From IMG/VR virus record IMGVR_UViG_3300033069_001745, positions 17,161-81,160 of that record: 64,000 nt of DNA, one strand, 5' to 3'. Positions 16,816-26,844 of this stretch are shown in pieces. Under the pieces are notes generated by a model, which did no database searches, was not told the DNA's origin, and saw only the letters and a program-made list of their open reading frames with translations. A program made the position numbers and the translations under genes. The stretch comes from a virus. Its lineage: Duplodnaviria; Caudoviricetes. How positions within the stretch are numbered: the stretch's first letter is position 1; each line of letters starts with the position of its first letter.

Positions 16816-18765
16816 ATGACCACCACGTTTGCCGAGGCGGAGCTACGCCTGGCCGCCACGCTCCCGGGTTACCAGGAGCGACCCCAGCAACAGGCGCTGG
16901 CCAAAGCTGTCGAGGAGTCCATCGCTGATGGCTCGACGCTTCTTTCGGAAGCTGGTTGCGGAGCTGGTAAGAGCCTTGCCACGCTTATCCCAGCCATCCT
17001 TTCTAAGAAGCGCACAATCTTCTCGACGGCGACGAAATCCTTGCAGGATCAAGTGGCGAATAAGGATTTGCCGTTCTTGCAGGAGAATCTCGGGGAATAC
17101 TTCTCGTTTGCTCTCTTGAAGGGGCGATCGAACTACCTCTGTCTCGAAGCGGCCCGGGGCCCGGAAGCTCAGCGAATCCCCGGGATCATCGACATCTTGG
17201 ACCGCACCGAGGACGACGAGTTCCAGGGGGAGCGCGACGACCTCGGGATGGAGGTGTCCAACTCGGACTGGGCCACGCTCACCGTGTCGAGCGAAGAGTG
17301 TCCGGGGGCATCGATGTGCCCGTGGGGCAAGGAGTGCTACGCCGAGCGGGCTAAGGAGCGAGCCCTGGCGGCTGACGTGGTGGTGACCAACCACGCCATG
17401 TTGTGCATCGAAGCGATGCTCGGTGCCTCCGGAGCCCCCGGGGCCATGTTGGGCGACTTCGAGGTATTGGTGGTCGACGAGATCCACGAACTTGATGGCT
17501 ACGCCCGCAACGCCTGGACTGCTCGATTGACTGAGCGGAGCTTTACCCAGATTTGTTCAAATATCCGGGTATGGATGCGCCAGAACACTGACGACGCCGA
17601 GATGGACGGGCTCTTGGGAGCGGTGTCCTTCGCGACGAAGGACCTGTGGGCAATCTTGGCGGAGAATGAGGGCCGCATGCGCCAGAGCGACGTGTTGCGG
17701 TTCGAGGACGAGTGGGTGGCGGTCATCGAGTCGCTTCAGGCTGTGCTCGCCCACTTCCAGGACTGGGAGGGCAAGGGTCGTGACCGCGTCGAGGTGTCGC
17801 GCTGGCATCGGCTGTACCGCCGGGTGGAGAACCTCATCGCTCGCTTGGTGGACATCGTGCTCACCTCGGACCGGGAGATCGTGCGCTCGGTCGAGCACGA
17901 GACGATGCGGCGGGGCGATGGGGTGATCACTGTGCTCAAGTCGGCCCCGGTGGAAGTGGGACCGATTCTCAATAAGGCGCTGTGGCCCCGGGCCACGTCG
18001 ATCCTGGTGTCGGCCACCGTGCAGGTCGACGGGGGCTTCGAGTACCCCGCTCGCCAGCTCGGGTTGACCGACTACCGCTCGCTCGACGCCGGGACGCCGT
18101 TCGACTTCCGCACCCAGGCGTTGCTCTACGTGCCCCGGCACCTCCCGGCCCCCGATGCGGCCACCCGGGAAGCCTGGGCATCTATGGCGTTGGTGGAGAT
18201 GCGCTCGCTGGTGCGGGAGTCCGAAGGCCGAGCGCTCTTGCTGTTCACCTCGATTGCCCAGATGCGCACCGCTTATCGGGCGCTCTCGCACATGCTGCCC
18301 TACACCTGCCTGATGCAGGGCGAGGAACCGAACAAGGTCCTGGCCCGCAAGTTCAGCGAGGATGTGCACTCGGTGCTCTTCGCCACCCGTTCGTTCTTCA
18401 CCGGCATCGACATCCAAGGTGAGTCGCTCTCGCTGGTGGTGATCGACAAGCTCCCCTTCGCCATCCCGACCGACCCGCTGGTCTCGGCGCAGACCGAGTT
18501 GATCGAGGCCCGGGGCGGCAACGCGTTCTCCGACTACATCATTCCCGAGATGACGCTCCCCCTTGTGCAAGGGTTCGGGCGCCTGATCCGGACGGTCTCG
18601 GACCGGGGCGTGGTGGCCATCTTGGACTCGCGCCTGCTCACCAAGGGCTACGGCCGCCGCATCTTGAAGTCACTCCCCCCAGCGCCGCTGACCGAGCGGT
18701 TCGAGGACGTGGCTGTGTTCTTCCACCCCGAGGCCGATCTGGGGAGTCATGGTGCGATTGCATGA
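16816..18765 (+). CDS. DinG/YoaA-family Fe-S helicase
   Basis: EAGCGAGKS, KGRSNYLC, C-x-C-x-C cluster, TNHAML, VVDEIHEL, VSAT, GIDIQG, KLPFAIP, QGFGRLIR. Confidence 0.92.
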   Translation: MTTTFAEAELRLAATLPGYQERPQQQALAKAVEESIADGSTLLSEAGCGAGKSLATLIPAILSKKRTIFSTATKSLQDQVANKDLPFLQENLGEYFSFALLKGRSNYLCLEAARGPEAQRIPGIIDILDRTEDDEFQGERDDLGMEVSNSDWATLTVSSEECPGASMCPWGKECYAERAKERALAADVVVTNHAMLCIEAMLGASGAPGAMLGDFEVLVVDEIHELDGYARNAWTARLTERSFTQICSNIRVWMRQNTDDAEMDGLLGAVSFATKDLWAILAENEGRMRQSDVLRFEDEWVAVIESLQAVLAHFQDWEGKGRDRVEVSRWHRLYRRVENLIARLVDIVLTSDREIVRSVEHETMRRGDGVITVLKSAPVEVGPILNKALWPRATSILVSATVQVDGGFEYPARQLGLTDYRSLDAGTPFDFRTQALLYVPRHLPAPDAATREAWASMALVEMRSLVRESEGRALLLFTSIAQMRTAYRALSHMLPYTCLMQGEEPNKVLARKFSEDVHSVLFATRSFFTGIDIQGESLSLVVIDKLPFAIPTDPLVSAQTELIEARGGNAFSDYIIPEMTLPLVQGFGRLIRTVSDRGVVAILDSRLLTKGYGRRILKSLPPAPLTERFEDVAVFFHPEADLGSHGAIA

Positions 18766-18925
18766 GCTGATCACCAAGTTGACCGAGATCCAGAAGCGGA
18801 TGATCGGCAGTGAAGACCCCGAAATAATTATCTTGGGGGATCATCAAGTGCTGGGGGTGGTGGCGTACTACCCCGCTGACGATGACTTCGACGCCTGGGT
18901 CTCGCTCGAAGGGGCGGACCGGTGA
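18749..18925 (+). CDS. Small hypothetical protein (58 aa)
   Basis: Hand-translated; SD GGAG; GTGA coupling to the next ORF. Confidence 0.55.
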   Translation: MVRLHELITKLTEIQKRMIGSEDPEIIILGDHQVLGVVAYYPADDDFDAWVSLEGADR

Positions 18926-19158
18926 TCCATCACGTGCCGTGGTCCGCCCCCGCTCCGGTGACGGTACGGGATCTGGTCACCAAGCTGGAGGCGCTCATGG
19001 TGCTGTACCCCGAGCTGGCTGATGCCTGGATCGAGGCCGCGGCGGGACTGCACACCGTGGTCACCGGGGTGACGCACCTCGACACTGATCCCTCCTGGAT
19101 GCGTCACGCTGTGGTCTCCTTTCGTCATGAATCTCCGTACAATTGGGGTGCAGCTTGA
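18922..19158 (+). CDS. Hypothetical protein
   Basis: Coupled small ORF in the same operon. Confidence 0.55.
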   Translation: MIHHVPWSAPAPVTVRDLVTKLEALMVLYPELADAWIEAAAGLHTVVTGVTHLDTDPSWMRHAVVSFRHESPYNWGAA

Positions 19159-19400
19159 CCGTCAAGTATTTCCGCCGTCCTCCGAGGGAATACTCTGGGC
19201 ATATTCATACCCCGAGTGATTACCTTCTCTTCCCGGGATCTCCTCGTGATCAAGATGTCGCCTTCTGCGATGAATGTTGCCAATGGATCATCTGGAAGCA
19301 AGTGGGTGACATCATGGGTGCTGGATGGTGGGAGGCGATCAGCAAGCGGCGAGCCCGGAGGTTGATCCGTTACGGAGGTGACCCGGCCGTGGTGGAGTGA
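19155..19400 (+). CDS. Hypothetical protein
   Basis: TTGA coupling; 'CDECCQW' motif. Confidence 0.55.
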   Translation: MTVKYFRRPPREYSGHIHTPSDYLLFPGSPRDQDVAFCDECCQWIIWKQVGDIMGAGWWEAISKRRARRLIRYGGDPAVVE

Positions 19401-19546
19401 TTGCCGCTCCCGGGGGAGAGGCTCAGCTAGAGTGGTGCTCGGCGGAGAGCGCGAGACCGCCATCGTGCTCGATGCTCGGGTGAGCGAGTCGCGGTAGGTG
19501 TACCGTCCTCCTGTCGCACTCGCTCACCCAACCTTCTTCCCGCCCG

Positions 19547-19801
19547 ATGACGAACGAGAACTCCGTACGTTGGCCCGTGGCTCCCCTGTGGGATGTGGCC
19601 GAGGCAACGTCAGCTCATCACCTAGCGGAGCTGCTCGGGGTGTCTGATCGCACCGTGGTGCGGTGGCTGGTCGTCGGGTTGCTCGACACGCAAGCGGACC
19701 GTATGGCGGTGCGCTTGGGGTATCACCCGAGCATGCTGTGGCCCGAGTGGTTCGATGTTCTGCCCTGCCATCTGCGTCCTCGCCTCTTCGAAGAGGCGTA
19801 G
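19547..19801 (+). CDS. HTH DNA-binding protein (Ner/Nlp-like ending)
   Basis: 'HLAELLGVSDRTVVRW...LGYHPSMLWPEW'. Confidence 0.6.
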   Translation: MTNENSVRWPVAPLWDVAEATSAHHLAELLGVSDRTVVRWLVVGLLDTQADRMAVRLGYHPSMLWPEWFDVLPCHLRPRLFEEA

Positions 19802-19820
19802 ACGTACGAAAGGTGGGTTC

Positions 19821-20243
19821 ATGAAGAGAGTGTTGGCGTTTGTGTCGCTGGTGGTGGGGCTCGTATTGCTCCTCGCTGGCCCGGCGGCGGCCGACGGTGA
19901 ACCCGTCGCGGCCAAGACGGGCACCGTGATCACCATGTCGATCATGGTCTGGACAGTGCTCCAGGGCACGGTTCTGCCCATCGTGGTCGGGCTGCTCACC
20001 CGAGTCGAGGCCCCCGACGTGGTCAAGGTGCTGCTCAACCTGTTCTTGAACGCCCTGGGCGCCGTGGTGGCCACCATCACCGTGGTGGATGGGGTTGCCG
20101 TGCTCTCGACGACTACCCTCGTGACCGCCATCTTGGGCTACATTTCGTCGATTGCTGTGCACTACGGCTTTTACCGCCCGTTCAGTGTTACCGGTTCGAC
20201 CCCCGAGACCAACAGTCTGTGGCCAGAACGTGGTCTTGGTTGA
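19821..20243 (+). CDS. Holin-like membrane protein with N-terminal signal peptide
   Basis: SD AAGGTGG. 'GTVLPIVVGLLTR...KVLLNLFL...AVHYGFYRP' resembles actinophage holins; several hydrophobic segments. Confidence 0.6.
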   Translation: MKRVLAFVSLVVGLVLLLAGPAAADGEPVAAKTGTVITMSIMVWTVLQGTVLPIVVGLLTRVEAPDVVKVLLNLFLNALGAVVATITVVDGVAVLSTTTLVTAILGYISSIAVHYGFYRPFSVTGSTPETNSLWPERGLG

Positions 20244-20250
20244 TCTGGGG

Positions 20251-20279
20251 TTGACACTCTAAGGATTCTTCGGTAGGGT
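20251..20279 (+). promoter_or_regulatory. sigma70-type promoter, probably leaderless
   Basis: TTGACA-N17-TAGGGT with ATG 7 nt downstream; contains ACTCTAAGGATT. Confidence 0.7.
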
Positions 20280-20285
20280 GATCAC

Positions 20286-20981
20286 ATGAACACCGCACAG
20301 ATCATCCCGGCGGCCCTGGAGCAGGATCTTGTCGAGGGCAAGATCGTCTCCTTGGCCGACCTCCGCAAGGTCCTGGCTCGCCCGGCGAGCACGGTTGTCG
20401 AAACGGTCACGGTTGCCCTTCCGGCGGCAGTGACCGCGGAAGAGTCCGCTGCCCTGGAGCGCCTGCCTCTGGTCTACGGCACCGTGGTGCCCGACACGAA
20501 GCGGCAGCTCTCGGGGGCGGAGCTGACTGCGCTCCACGGTGAGCGGACCACGCTCGATGTCATCGAGAAGATGGTCAAGGCTCGCAAGGAAGACATCCGC
20601 GACACCATCGTGAACCACTTCGACGAGCGCCTGCGGGAGGACGGCGACACCGAAGGGGCCTTCATCGACGACCGGGGCCACTTCACGGTGGCTGCTCACC
20701 AGAACATCGACGGGACCAAGAAGTGCTGGTCCTGGGAGGTGCGGGAGGGCTCCGGCGGGGACATCTCCGAGACAGCTCTCAAGGCGCTCGCTGACGACCC
20801 GGACTCGCCGCTCACCCATGACGACTACTTGGCCATGACGACCCCGGTGCGCCTGGTCGATGAGCACAAGCTGATGCTGCACCTGCGCAAGCGGCCCGAG
20901 CTGGTGGGGGAGCTGTCCAAGGCCATCTCCGCCAAGGGTGTCCCGGTGGGCTCGCTGTACGTGCGGGCTGCGAAGAAGTGA
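20286..20981 (+). CDS. Hypothetical phage protein
   Basis: 231-aa ORF with strong codon bias. Confidence 0.75.
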   Translation: MNTAQIIPAALEQDLVEGKIVSLADLRKVLARPASTVVETVTVALPAAVTAEESAALERLPLVYGTVVPDTKRQLSGAELTALHGERTTLDVIEKMVKARKEDIRDTIVNHFDERLREDGDTEGAFIDDRGHFTVAAHQNIDGTKKCWSWEVREGSGGDISETALKALADDPDSPLTHDDYLAMTTPVRLVDEHKLMLHLRKRPELVGELSKAISAKGVPVGSLYVRAAKK

Positions 20982-21412
20982 CCGGTCCGGCTGCGGCACC
21001 TCAACCTCCCGAGGTGCCGCAGAAGTTCCCAACCGACCCCTTCGTGCGCATCGTGCTGGTGGATCGAGACATCGATCCGTCGGCACGATTGTTCGCGGGT
21101 ATAAGCATGGATCGATCACCGACGTTCTCGGTCTCCGAGGTGGCGAAGGTGTTCTTCGCCCGGACCGATCACTGGGTACGCTGGCGGGAGCGGGTGGGTG
21201 ACCTCTCCGACACCGATGGAACCCCGATCGGACAACGAACCCAGCACGGGGCCCGGTTCTACGACCTGGCCGACGTGGAAGCAGTGTTGCACGCCGCGGC
21301 GGCCCATGGGGCGATCACCGGGGCGCAGCTCTACACCGGGCTCAAGATTGCCCACGCAATCTCGCTCAGCTATGGGATTCTTACGGCGTCGGATAACGCC
21401 AACCTGATCTGA
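20978..21412 (+). CDS. MerR-like HTH DNA-binding protein
   Basis: 'FSVSEVAKVFFARTDHWVRWRER...GARFYDLADV'. Confidence 0.7.
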   Translation: MTGPAAAPQPPEVPQKFPTDPFVRIVLVDRDIDPSARLFAGISMDRSPTFSVSEVAKVFFARTDHWVRWRERVGDLSDTDGTPIGQRTQHGARFYDLADVEAVLHAAAAHGAITGAQLYTGLKIAHAISLSYGILTASDNANLI

Positions 21413-21433
21413 CCGAGTCCTGGGGAAATATTT

Positions 21434-22048
21434 ATGTCTGAGTGCCGTCGCCTTGTCGATGAAGGTGTAGTCGCGTTCCCGTGCAGCCTGGGGTTGCCCG
21501 AGGGCCACGCCGGGCCCTGCGCAGCCAAGGAGAAGCCCGGATCGATGCGCCGCCGGGCGCTCTGGGTGGAGGAGAACTTCCCGCCGGACTCGGGCTACGT
21601 CGAGCCGCGCCGTTCGGTGGAGTTCATGGTGGAGGAGGGGAGCATCTCCGATCCCCCGCGTCCCCGGACGCAACGTACCCCTGATCGGCCCTACGTTCCC
21701 GAACCCGAGCCCACCCCGGAGCCGGAACCCGCCCCCGAGCCCGTCCCTACGTTCACCCCCGAACCGGTGAACGGACACGAGCAAATGGTGGCTGATTTTC
21801 GGGCCAGCGATGCGGAGGAGCTGGCCGAGGAGGTACGAGTGCTCATCGCCAGCCGGGCAGCCGAACGTGATGCTGTGCTGCGCTCCTTGGTGCTCTTCGT
21901 GCCATCGGCCATGCTCCCCAGCGCCCGGGCCCATCTGGACGCTGCGTACCGACTCATCGACTTGTGCACGAACATTGCTGACGTGTGCGCCCTGAGCCGG
22001 TGGGGGAGCCCGGTGACCCAGGAGGTAAGTGGGGATGCGTCCCGCTGA
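21434..22048 (+). CDS. Hypothetical protein with PE-rich linker
   Basis: PEPEPTPEPEPAPEP tract; N-terminal 'PCSL...GHAGPC'. Confidence 0.65.
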   Translation: MSECRRLVDEGVVAFPCSLGLPEGHAGPCAAKEKPGSMRRRALWVEENFPPDSGYVEPRRSVEFMVEEGSISDPPRPRTQRTPDRPYVPEPEPTPEPEPAPEPVPTFTPEPVNGHEQMVADFRASDAEELAEEVRVLIASRAAERDAVLRSLVLFVPSAMLPSARAHLDAAYRLIDLCTNIADVCALSRWGSPVTQEVSGDASR

Positions 22049-22928
22049 TCAGCGCTGGTTGGTCATCGACGGGACCAACCTGGGGATGCGTGCCGTGTTC
22101 GCCATGGCGGGCAAGACCCTCTCCGGCGGCGGGGAGAACACCGGTCCCCTCCTGGTGTTCGCCCGGATGGTGCACCGGTACTGTCGTTTCGTCGACCCGA
22201 CACACGTGGCGGTGTGTTGGGACAGCGGCCCCTCCTGGCGGGCCGACATCGACCCCGAGTACAAGGCCAACCGCCCGACCCACAGTGATCTCCCGAACCG
22301 CCGGGACTCGTTGCGCCTCATGCGCCAGTGGCTGGCCTTCGCCAACGTCTACCAGCTCGTCATGGCCGGGTTCGAGGCCGACGACCTCGTGGCCGGAGTG
22401 GTCAACGCGCTCCGGCCGGGACCTGAGCGGCCTCAGGTAGTCATGGTCTCGGGGGACAAGGATCTGCTCCAGCTCGTCGAGCAAGGGTGGGTGCGCCAGA
22501 TACGCCCGACCCAGGGTATGACTCCCGAGGAGGAGTTGTGGGACGAAGCACGCGTGGCCTTGAAGACTGACGTAACCCGTGATGATCTGGTTCTGGCAAA
22601 CGCTCTCGTGGGCGATACTTCCGATAACATTTCTGGGATTGCCGGTATCGGTCCGAAGCGTGCTGCTAGCCTCGTCAAAGCTAGTCGGGGCCGAATCGAG
22701 GACCTGATGGAACAACCGCGGTGCACAATGCATCGGGACTTGGTTGAGCGGAACATCGCACTGATGGACCTCCGCCATCCCCAGGTCATTCCGATGATTC
22801 CTGATGTACCCGAGTTTCGTCCGACCTCGCATGACGGCATCGGCTGGGCGGCATACCAGACGTTCTTGCGCGACCACCGTCTGAGTACGCTGACCGAGCT
22901 AGTGGTCGGGCGAGAGGGAGTCTTCTAA
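22029..22928 (+). CDS. 5'-3' exonuclease/flap endonuclease (PolA N-terminal-like)
   Basis: VIDGTNL, FEADDLVA, SGDKDLLQL, LVGDTSDNISGIAGIGPKRA. Confidence 0.92.
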   Translation: MGMRPADQRWLVIDGTNLGMRAVFAMAGKTLSGGGENTGPLLVFARMVHRYCRFVDPTHVAVCWDSGPSWRADIDPEYKANRPTHSDLPNRRDSLRLMRQWLAFANVYQLVMAGFEADDLVAGVVNALRPGPERPQVVMVSGDKDLLQLVEQGWVRQIRPTQGMTPEEELWDEARVALKTDVTRDDLVLANALVGDTSDNISGIAGIGPKRAASLVKASRGRIEDLMEQPRCTMHRDLVERNIALMDLRHPQVIPMIPDVPEFRPTSHDGIGWAAYQTFLRDHRLSTLTELVVGREGVF

Positions 22929-23290
22929 TGGCCGGGTTTCGTGGTTACCGCAGTGATCTGTCCGACACCGTGGTGCAGCCGGAGGATCATGTGCGTCTGC
23001 GCATGACCGCCAAGGGTCAGGACGGGGTGTTGCACGAGGCGCAGATCGACATCGCGTGGAGCGAGCTGGAGTCGGTGCTTCCGACGCTCCATGACGGCTC
23101 GACGCTGGATCTGAAGGTGTACGGCAAGCGGGGGCGCCGTCCCGGTACCAAGGTGGCCAAGAACGCCACCAAGAGCGCCCCGGCGGCTGCGGCATCGGTC
23201 GAGGTGGCTACGGCAGAAGCGGCAGCATCGACTCTCGGTGATGCCCCTCAGCCGCCCCGCATCAATCCGTCGTTCGCCACCCAGGGCTGA
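22928..23290 (+). CDS. Hypothetical protein with Lys/Ala-rich tail
   Basis: TAATG coupling. Confidence 0.7.
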   Translation: MAGFRGYRSDLSDTVVQPEDHVRLRMTAKGQDGVLHEAQIDIAWSELESVLPTLHDGSTLDLKVYGKRGRRPGTKVAKNATKSAPAAAASVEVATAEAAASTLGDAPQPPRINPSFATQG

Positions 23291-23382
23291 ACGATCGAGC
23301 AAGTCGTCAACTCTCGGTGTGTCATGTGACGATTGCCGCGTCTTGACGTTACAGAAGGGTTACGCTCTTCCGCACCCTAGGT

Positions 23383-24087
23383 GTGGAGAAGCGCATGCGA
23401 GCCGTTCTTCCGCGACTTTTCGTCGTTTTGCTGATCGGGGTGTTCGGAGCGAGATCGGTGACCTTGGTGTCAGCCGATGACTCGTCACCGAGCACCCCGA
23501 CGGCGTTGGTGCCCACCCCCGCTGATCTAGCGCACGAGCAGATCACCCAAGCGCTCGCTGTTATCTGGGTGGCCGAGCTGGAAGCCCAAGCTGCGGCCGA
23601 GGTACTAGCTCAGGCGCAAGAGATCGAGCGCGTGGAGCAGGAACGCCTAGCGGCCGAACAAGCCGAAGCTGAACGGGCGGCCGCCGAGGAGGCGCAGCGG
23701 GCTCAAGAAGAGCTTCGCCGGGCATCCATCGCACCCCAGGCCCAGCGGCGTACTACAGGCCGCTGGGAAGGCTGTGGAGCGCCCATGACGGCGGACCAAG
23801 GCGAGATGGAAGCCATCGTGCGGTGGGCCGCTGAGCAGTACGGTGTCTCGGCAGCACAGCTCCTGCGTATACCACCTCGTGAATCGGGATGGAATCCCGA
23901 TGTTCAGAACTGTTCTTCAGGTGCCTGCGGGCTATTTCAGCATCTTCCACAATACTGGGCAGGAAGAGCAGAGGCTATTGGTATGCCTGGGGCAGACTGT
24001 CGTGATCCACGGGCCAACGCTCTGGCGGCAGCCATGATGTTCGCATCCTCAGGGTTCAGGCCCTGGGCGCCCAGCGGACCGTACTGA
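23383..24087 (+). CDS. Exported lytic transglycosylase (SLT/Rpf-like) with signal anchor and coiled-coil stalk
   Basis: N-terminal hydrophobic helix, A/E/Q-rich coil, 'RESGWNP...SSGACGLFQ...N..AA..MF'. Confidence 0.8.
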   Translation: MEKRMRAVLPRLFVVLLIGVFGARSVTLVSADDSSPSTPTALVPTPADLAHEQITQALAVIWVAELEAQAAAEVLAQAQEIERVEQERLAAEQAEAERAAAEEAQRAQEELRRASIAPQAQRRTTGRWEGCGAPMTADQGEMEAIVRWAAEQYGVSAAQLLRIPPRESGWNPDVQNCSSGACGLFQHLPQYWAGRAEAIGMPGADCRDPRANALAAAMMFASSGFRPWAPSGPY

Positions 24088-24103
24088 CGTTCGCTACATC
24101 GGG

Positions 24104-24132
24104 TTGAACGGCGGCCGGGTTGGGGGTACTAT
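24104..24132 (+). promoter_or_regulatory. sigma70-type promoter of the replication operon
   Basis: TTGAAC-N17-TACTAT. Confidence 0.6.
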
Positions 24133-24200
24133 GCCACCCGCACGGGGGATCTTCTCGAAAGGCTGGTCCCCTTTATAGACTCCTGAAATAAGGATGCATC

Positions 24201-24602
24201 ATGCGCAACTTCCCGTGCGTGGTTGACGAATCGACCTCATCGACCTCGTCAACTCTGGTGACGACGGTCTCGGTGCGGTCCGTACCGTCGGCGTCGCGGC
24301 TACACCTGCTGACCGAGGCGGAGCGCTGGGAGTGGCAACACCTCCGGGACTTCGTGGTGGCCGAGATCCAAGCCAGACGGGGAGCGCAGACCTACGACCC
24401 AACCAAGCTGGTGGGGATCTTCAAGAGCTTCGCCAAACGCTGGGGGTCTGACGCCGGGCCGATCTCTCGCTACATCTTCGACGTGTGCGATGGGTTCTGG
24501 CTCGGGAAGGCGGTCACCGTGAACTCCTGGTGCAAGGCCACTGATCCGTATTTCGCCAAGCCGATCGCTGAACGCTTGGAAGAGATTCGGAATTACCGCT
24601 AG
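24201..24602 (+). CDS. Hypothetical replication-associated protein
   Basis: First gene of the dnaC-dnaB-primase operon. Confidence 0.65.
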   Translation: MRNFPCVVDESTSSTSSTLVTTVSVRSVPSASRLHLLTEAERWEWQHLRDFVVAEIQARRGAQTYDPTKLVGIFKSFAKRWGSDAGPISRYIFDVCDGFWLGKAVTVNSWCKATDPYFAKPIAERLEEIRNYR

Positions 24603-24640
24603 ACAAGCGGCACAAACAACAAACAAATCGAACTTCGTGG

Positions 24641-25549
24641 TTGAAGAAGATGCTGTACGAACTTCCTGAGCTTCCGCCTGTCGTGCGGACACTGCGCAAC
24701 GATGAAAGCGATCGCCTGAATCGTTTGCGACCTGACCTTCCTCGGTCTCCCGATCAGTGCTCGATCTGTCATGGTACGGGCACGTTCAAATGGTTCGGGT
24801 GGTACACTCGTGACCCAGCGCTGATGTACTCGACGGTTGACTATGCCTGTCGGTGCGACGACCATTGGATATTGCAGCGATGGCTGACTTTCCGAGGCAT
24901 ACAGGGATTGCATCAGAAGATGGATTGGCCCGATCTCTTCGGGCTCACCGCAGAGTCGTATGCGGCCTCGAATGAGTACGTGAAGAACTGGCCCCGGTAT
25001 CGCAGCTACGGGATGGGCTTCTTCCTCCACGGTGATCATGGGGCGGGCAAGTCTTCGGTGGCTGCGGTGATGCTCAAGTCGATCATGGCGACCCACGGTG
25101 CCGATGGATTCTTCACGACGTTTGCCGAGATCATCGACATGGTGCACGAGGGGTACCGGGATCAGGAGCACAAGGATTGGTTCCAGGCCCGGGTGCGATC
25201 GGCCGAGGTGCTCGTGCTCGACGACATCGGGCGAGAGCACCAACAGAGCCAGTACCGGAGCAATGCCGAACTGCGGGCGATCGCCACGGCGACGGCCCGG
25301 AGCATGATTGACGACTTACTCCGGTTCCGTACTCATGCCATGAAGCCGACCTTCATCACCTCGAACTTCTCGCTCGACGAAATCGGACAGAAGTACGGTG
25401 ATAACATCCTTTCGTTGATGCACGAGGGAATGCAGCAATGCTTCTTCACCACGCCGGAGGGGGATTACCGGAAGAAGACTCAGGATCTTCGGCGGGCCAA
25501 CATTGAACTCGGGCTCATTCAGCCGTTTATGATGTCGGTGGTCTCGTGA
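24641..25549 (+). CDS. DnaC/IstB-like AAA+ helicase loader
   Basis: N-terminal CxxC/CxC Zn motif; Walker A GDHGAGKS; Walker B LVLDDIG; FITSNFS. Confidence 0.88.
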   Translation: MKKMLYELPELPPVVRTLRNDESDRLNRLRPDLPRSPDQCSICHGTGTFKWFGWYTRDPALMYSTVDYACRCDDHWILQRWLTFRGIQGLHQKMDWPDLFGLTAESYAASNEYVKNWPRYRSYGMGFFLHGDHGAGKSSVAAVMLKSIMATHGADGFFTTFAEIIDMVHEGYRDQEHKDWFQARVRSAEVLVLDDIGREHQQSQYRSNAELRAIATATARSMIDDLLRFRTHAMKPTFITSNFSLDEIGQKYGDNILSLMHEGMQQCFFTTPEGDYRKKTQDLRRANIELGLIQPFMMSVVS

Positions 25550-26844
25550 GTCGTTTGGCCGAGGTCTCCTTGGTCCAGAACCTCACTGACGAAGACAGCT
25601 TGGCGTACTTTGTGCGCGAGGGACTCGACCTCAGCTTGATCTCCACCGATGCCTTGCGGGCGGTGGTCGCCTATGCCGAGGACTACTACACCAAGAGCGG
25701 GTACCGCACCGCTCCCACGGTGGCGGTGCTGCGGGAGAAGTTCGGGGACGAACTCGATCACCACGAGGTGAACCTCGACGCTGAGCCCGAGGCCACCATC
25801 GAGTGGGCCATCGAGGAGCTGAAGGGCTCATGGATCTACGCCGAGTCCTCGACGTGGACCAAGGACTTCATCCTCGACGTGGCCAAAGCTTCGGCGGCCG
25901 AGCGACCCGACGCCCTGGCCAGGCATGCCGATCTGCTCTTGCGTATCTCGAACGGCTTGGATAGCCGGATCTATCGCTCCGGGGTACGCGAGGGCTCCCA
26001 GACCGCCCTGAGGAATTACGAGGACCGGGCCGGGACGAGCGAGATTCGCGGCCTACGTTTCGGGCTCGAACAAGTAGACCGGCACACCTTTGGTGTGCAT
26101 GGTGGTGAGCTAGCAATTGTAGCTGCGGGGCCAAAGATTGGGAAGAGCTTTTTCTTGGCTCACACTGCTTTGACAGAGTGGAACAATGGTCGTGATGTTA
26201 TCCTCTTTACACTGGAGAACACCATCGACATGACGTGGGATCGCATCGCTTGCATGGCGTGTGGCGTGTCCTACCGCGCCTGGCAGGCGGGAAGCGCAAC
26301 CCCCGAGGACCTGGAACGTATCCACCACTGGCTGGCGCACGTGGAGACCCGGAGCAACCAGTTGATCGTGGCCCAACCACCCCCGGGGCGCCGGAGCTTC
26401 GATGCCATGTTGGGGGAGGCCCGGGTGCACGGGGTGCAGTCGGTGCTCGTCGATCAGCTCACTTTCGTCGAGATGCCTGATCCCCGCAAGGCCAAGACCG
26501 AGCGCATCGGTGACGCTCTGCACCGGCTCAAGGCGCAGCTCAACCATGGCCGGGGCGAACCGCTCTCTTGCGTACTCGCTCATCAAGTGAACCGCGAGGG
26601 GGTCAAGTCGGCCGAGCGAGCGGGGCATCTGGAGATGTATTTCATGGCCGACTCGGCCGAGATCGAGCGCACGGCAGACATGGTCTTCGGGATCTACGCC
26701 AGCCGCGACGACAAGGCGGTGCGCCGGGCCAAACTCCAAGTGCTCGCCGCCCGACGGTTCGACCCGAGGAACTGGGACTGCCGGTGGAACGTGGATCTGG
26801 GGATCTACAGCGCCATCAACGAGTTCACCATCAGTGCCTCGTGA
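25546..26844 (+). CDS. dnaB: DnaB-like replicative helicase
   Basis: AAGPKIGKS, FTLEN, VLVDQL, AHQVNREG, DSAEIERTADMV. Confidence 0.92.
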   Translation: MSRLAEVSLVQNLTDEDSLAYFVREGLDLSLISTDALRAVVAYAEDYYTKSGYRTAPTVAVLREKFGDELDHHEVNLDAEPEATIEWAIEELKGSWIYAESSTWTKDFILDVAKASAAERPDALARHADLLLRISNGLDSRIYRSGVREGSQTALRNYEDRAGTSEIRGLRFGLEQVDRHTFGVHGGELAIVAAGPKIGKSFFLAHTALTEWNNGRDVILFTLENTIDMTWDRIACMACGVSYRAWQAGSATPEDLERIHHWLAHVETRSNQLIVAQPPPGRRSFDAMLGEARVHGVQSVLVDQLTFVEMPDPRKAKTERIGDALHRLKAQLNHGRGEPLSCVLAHQVNREGVKSAERAGHLEMYFMADSAEIERTADMVFGIYASRDDKAVRRAKLQVLAARRFDPRNWDCRWNVDLGIYSAINEFTISAS

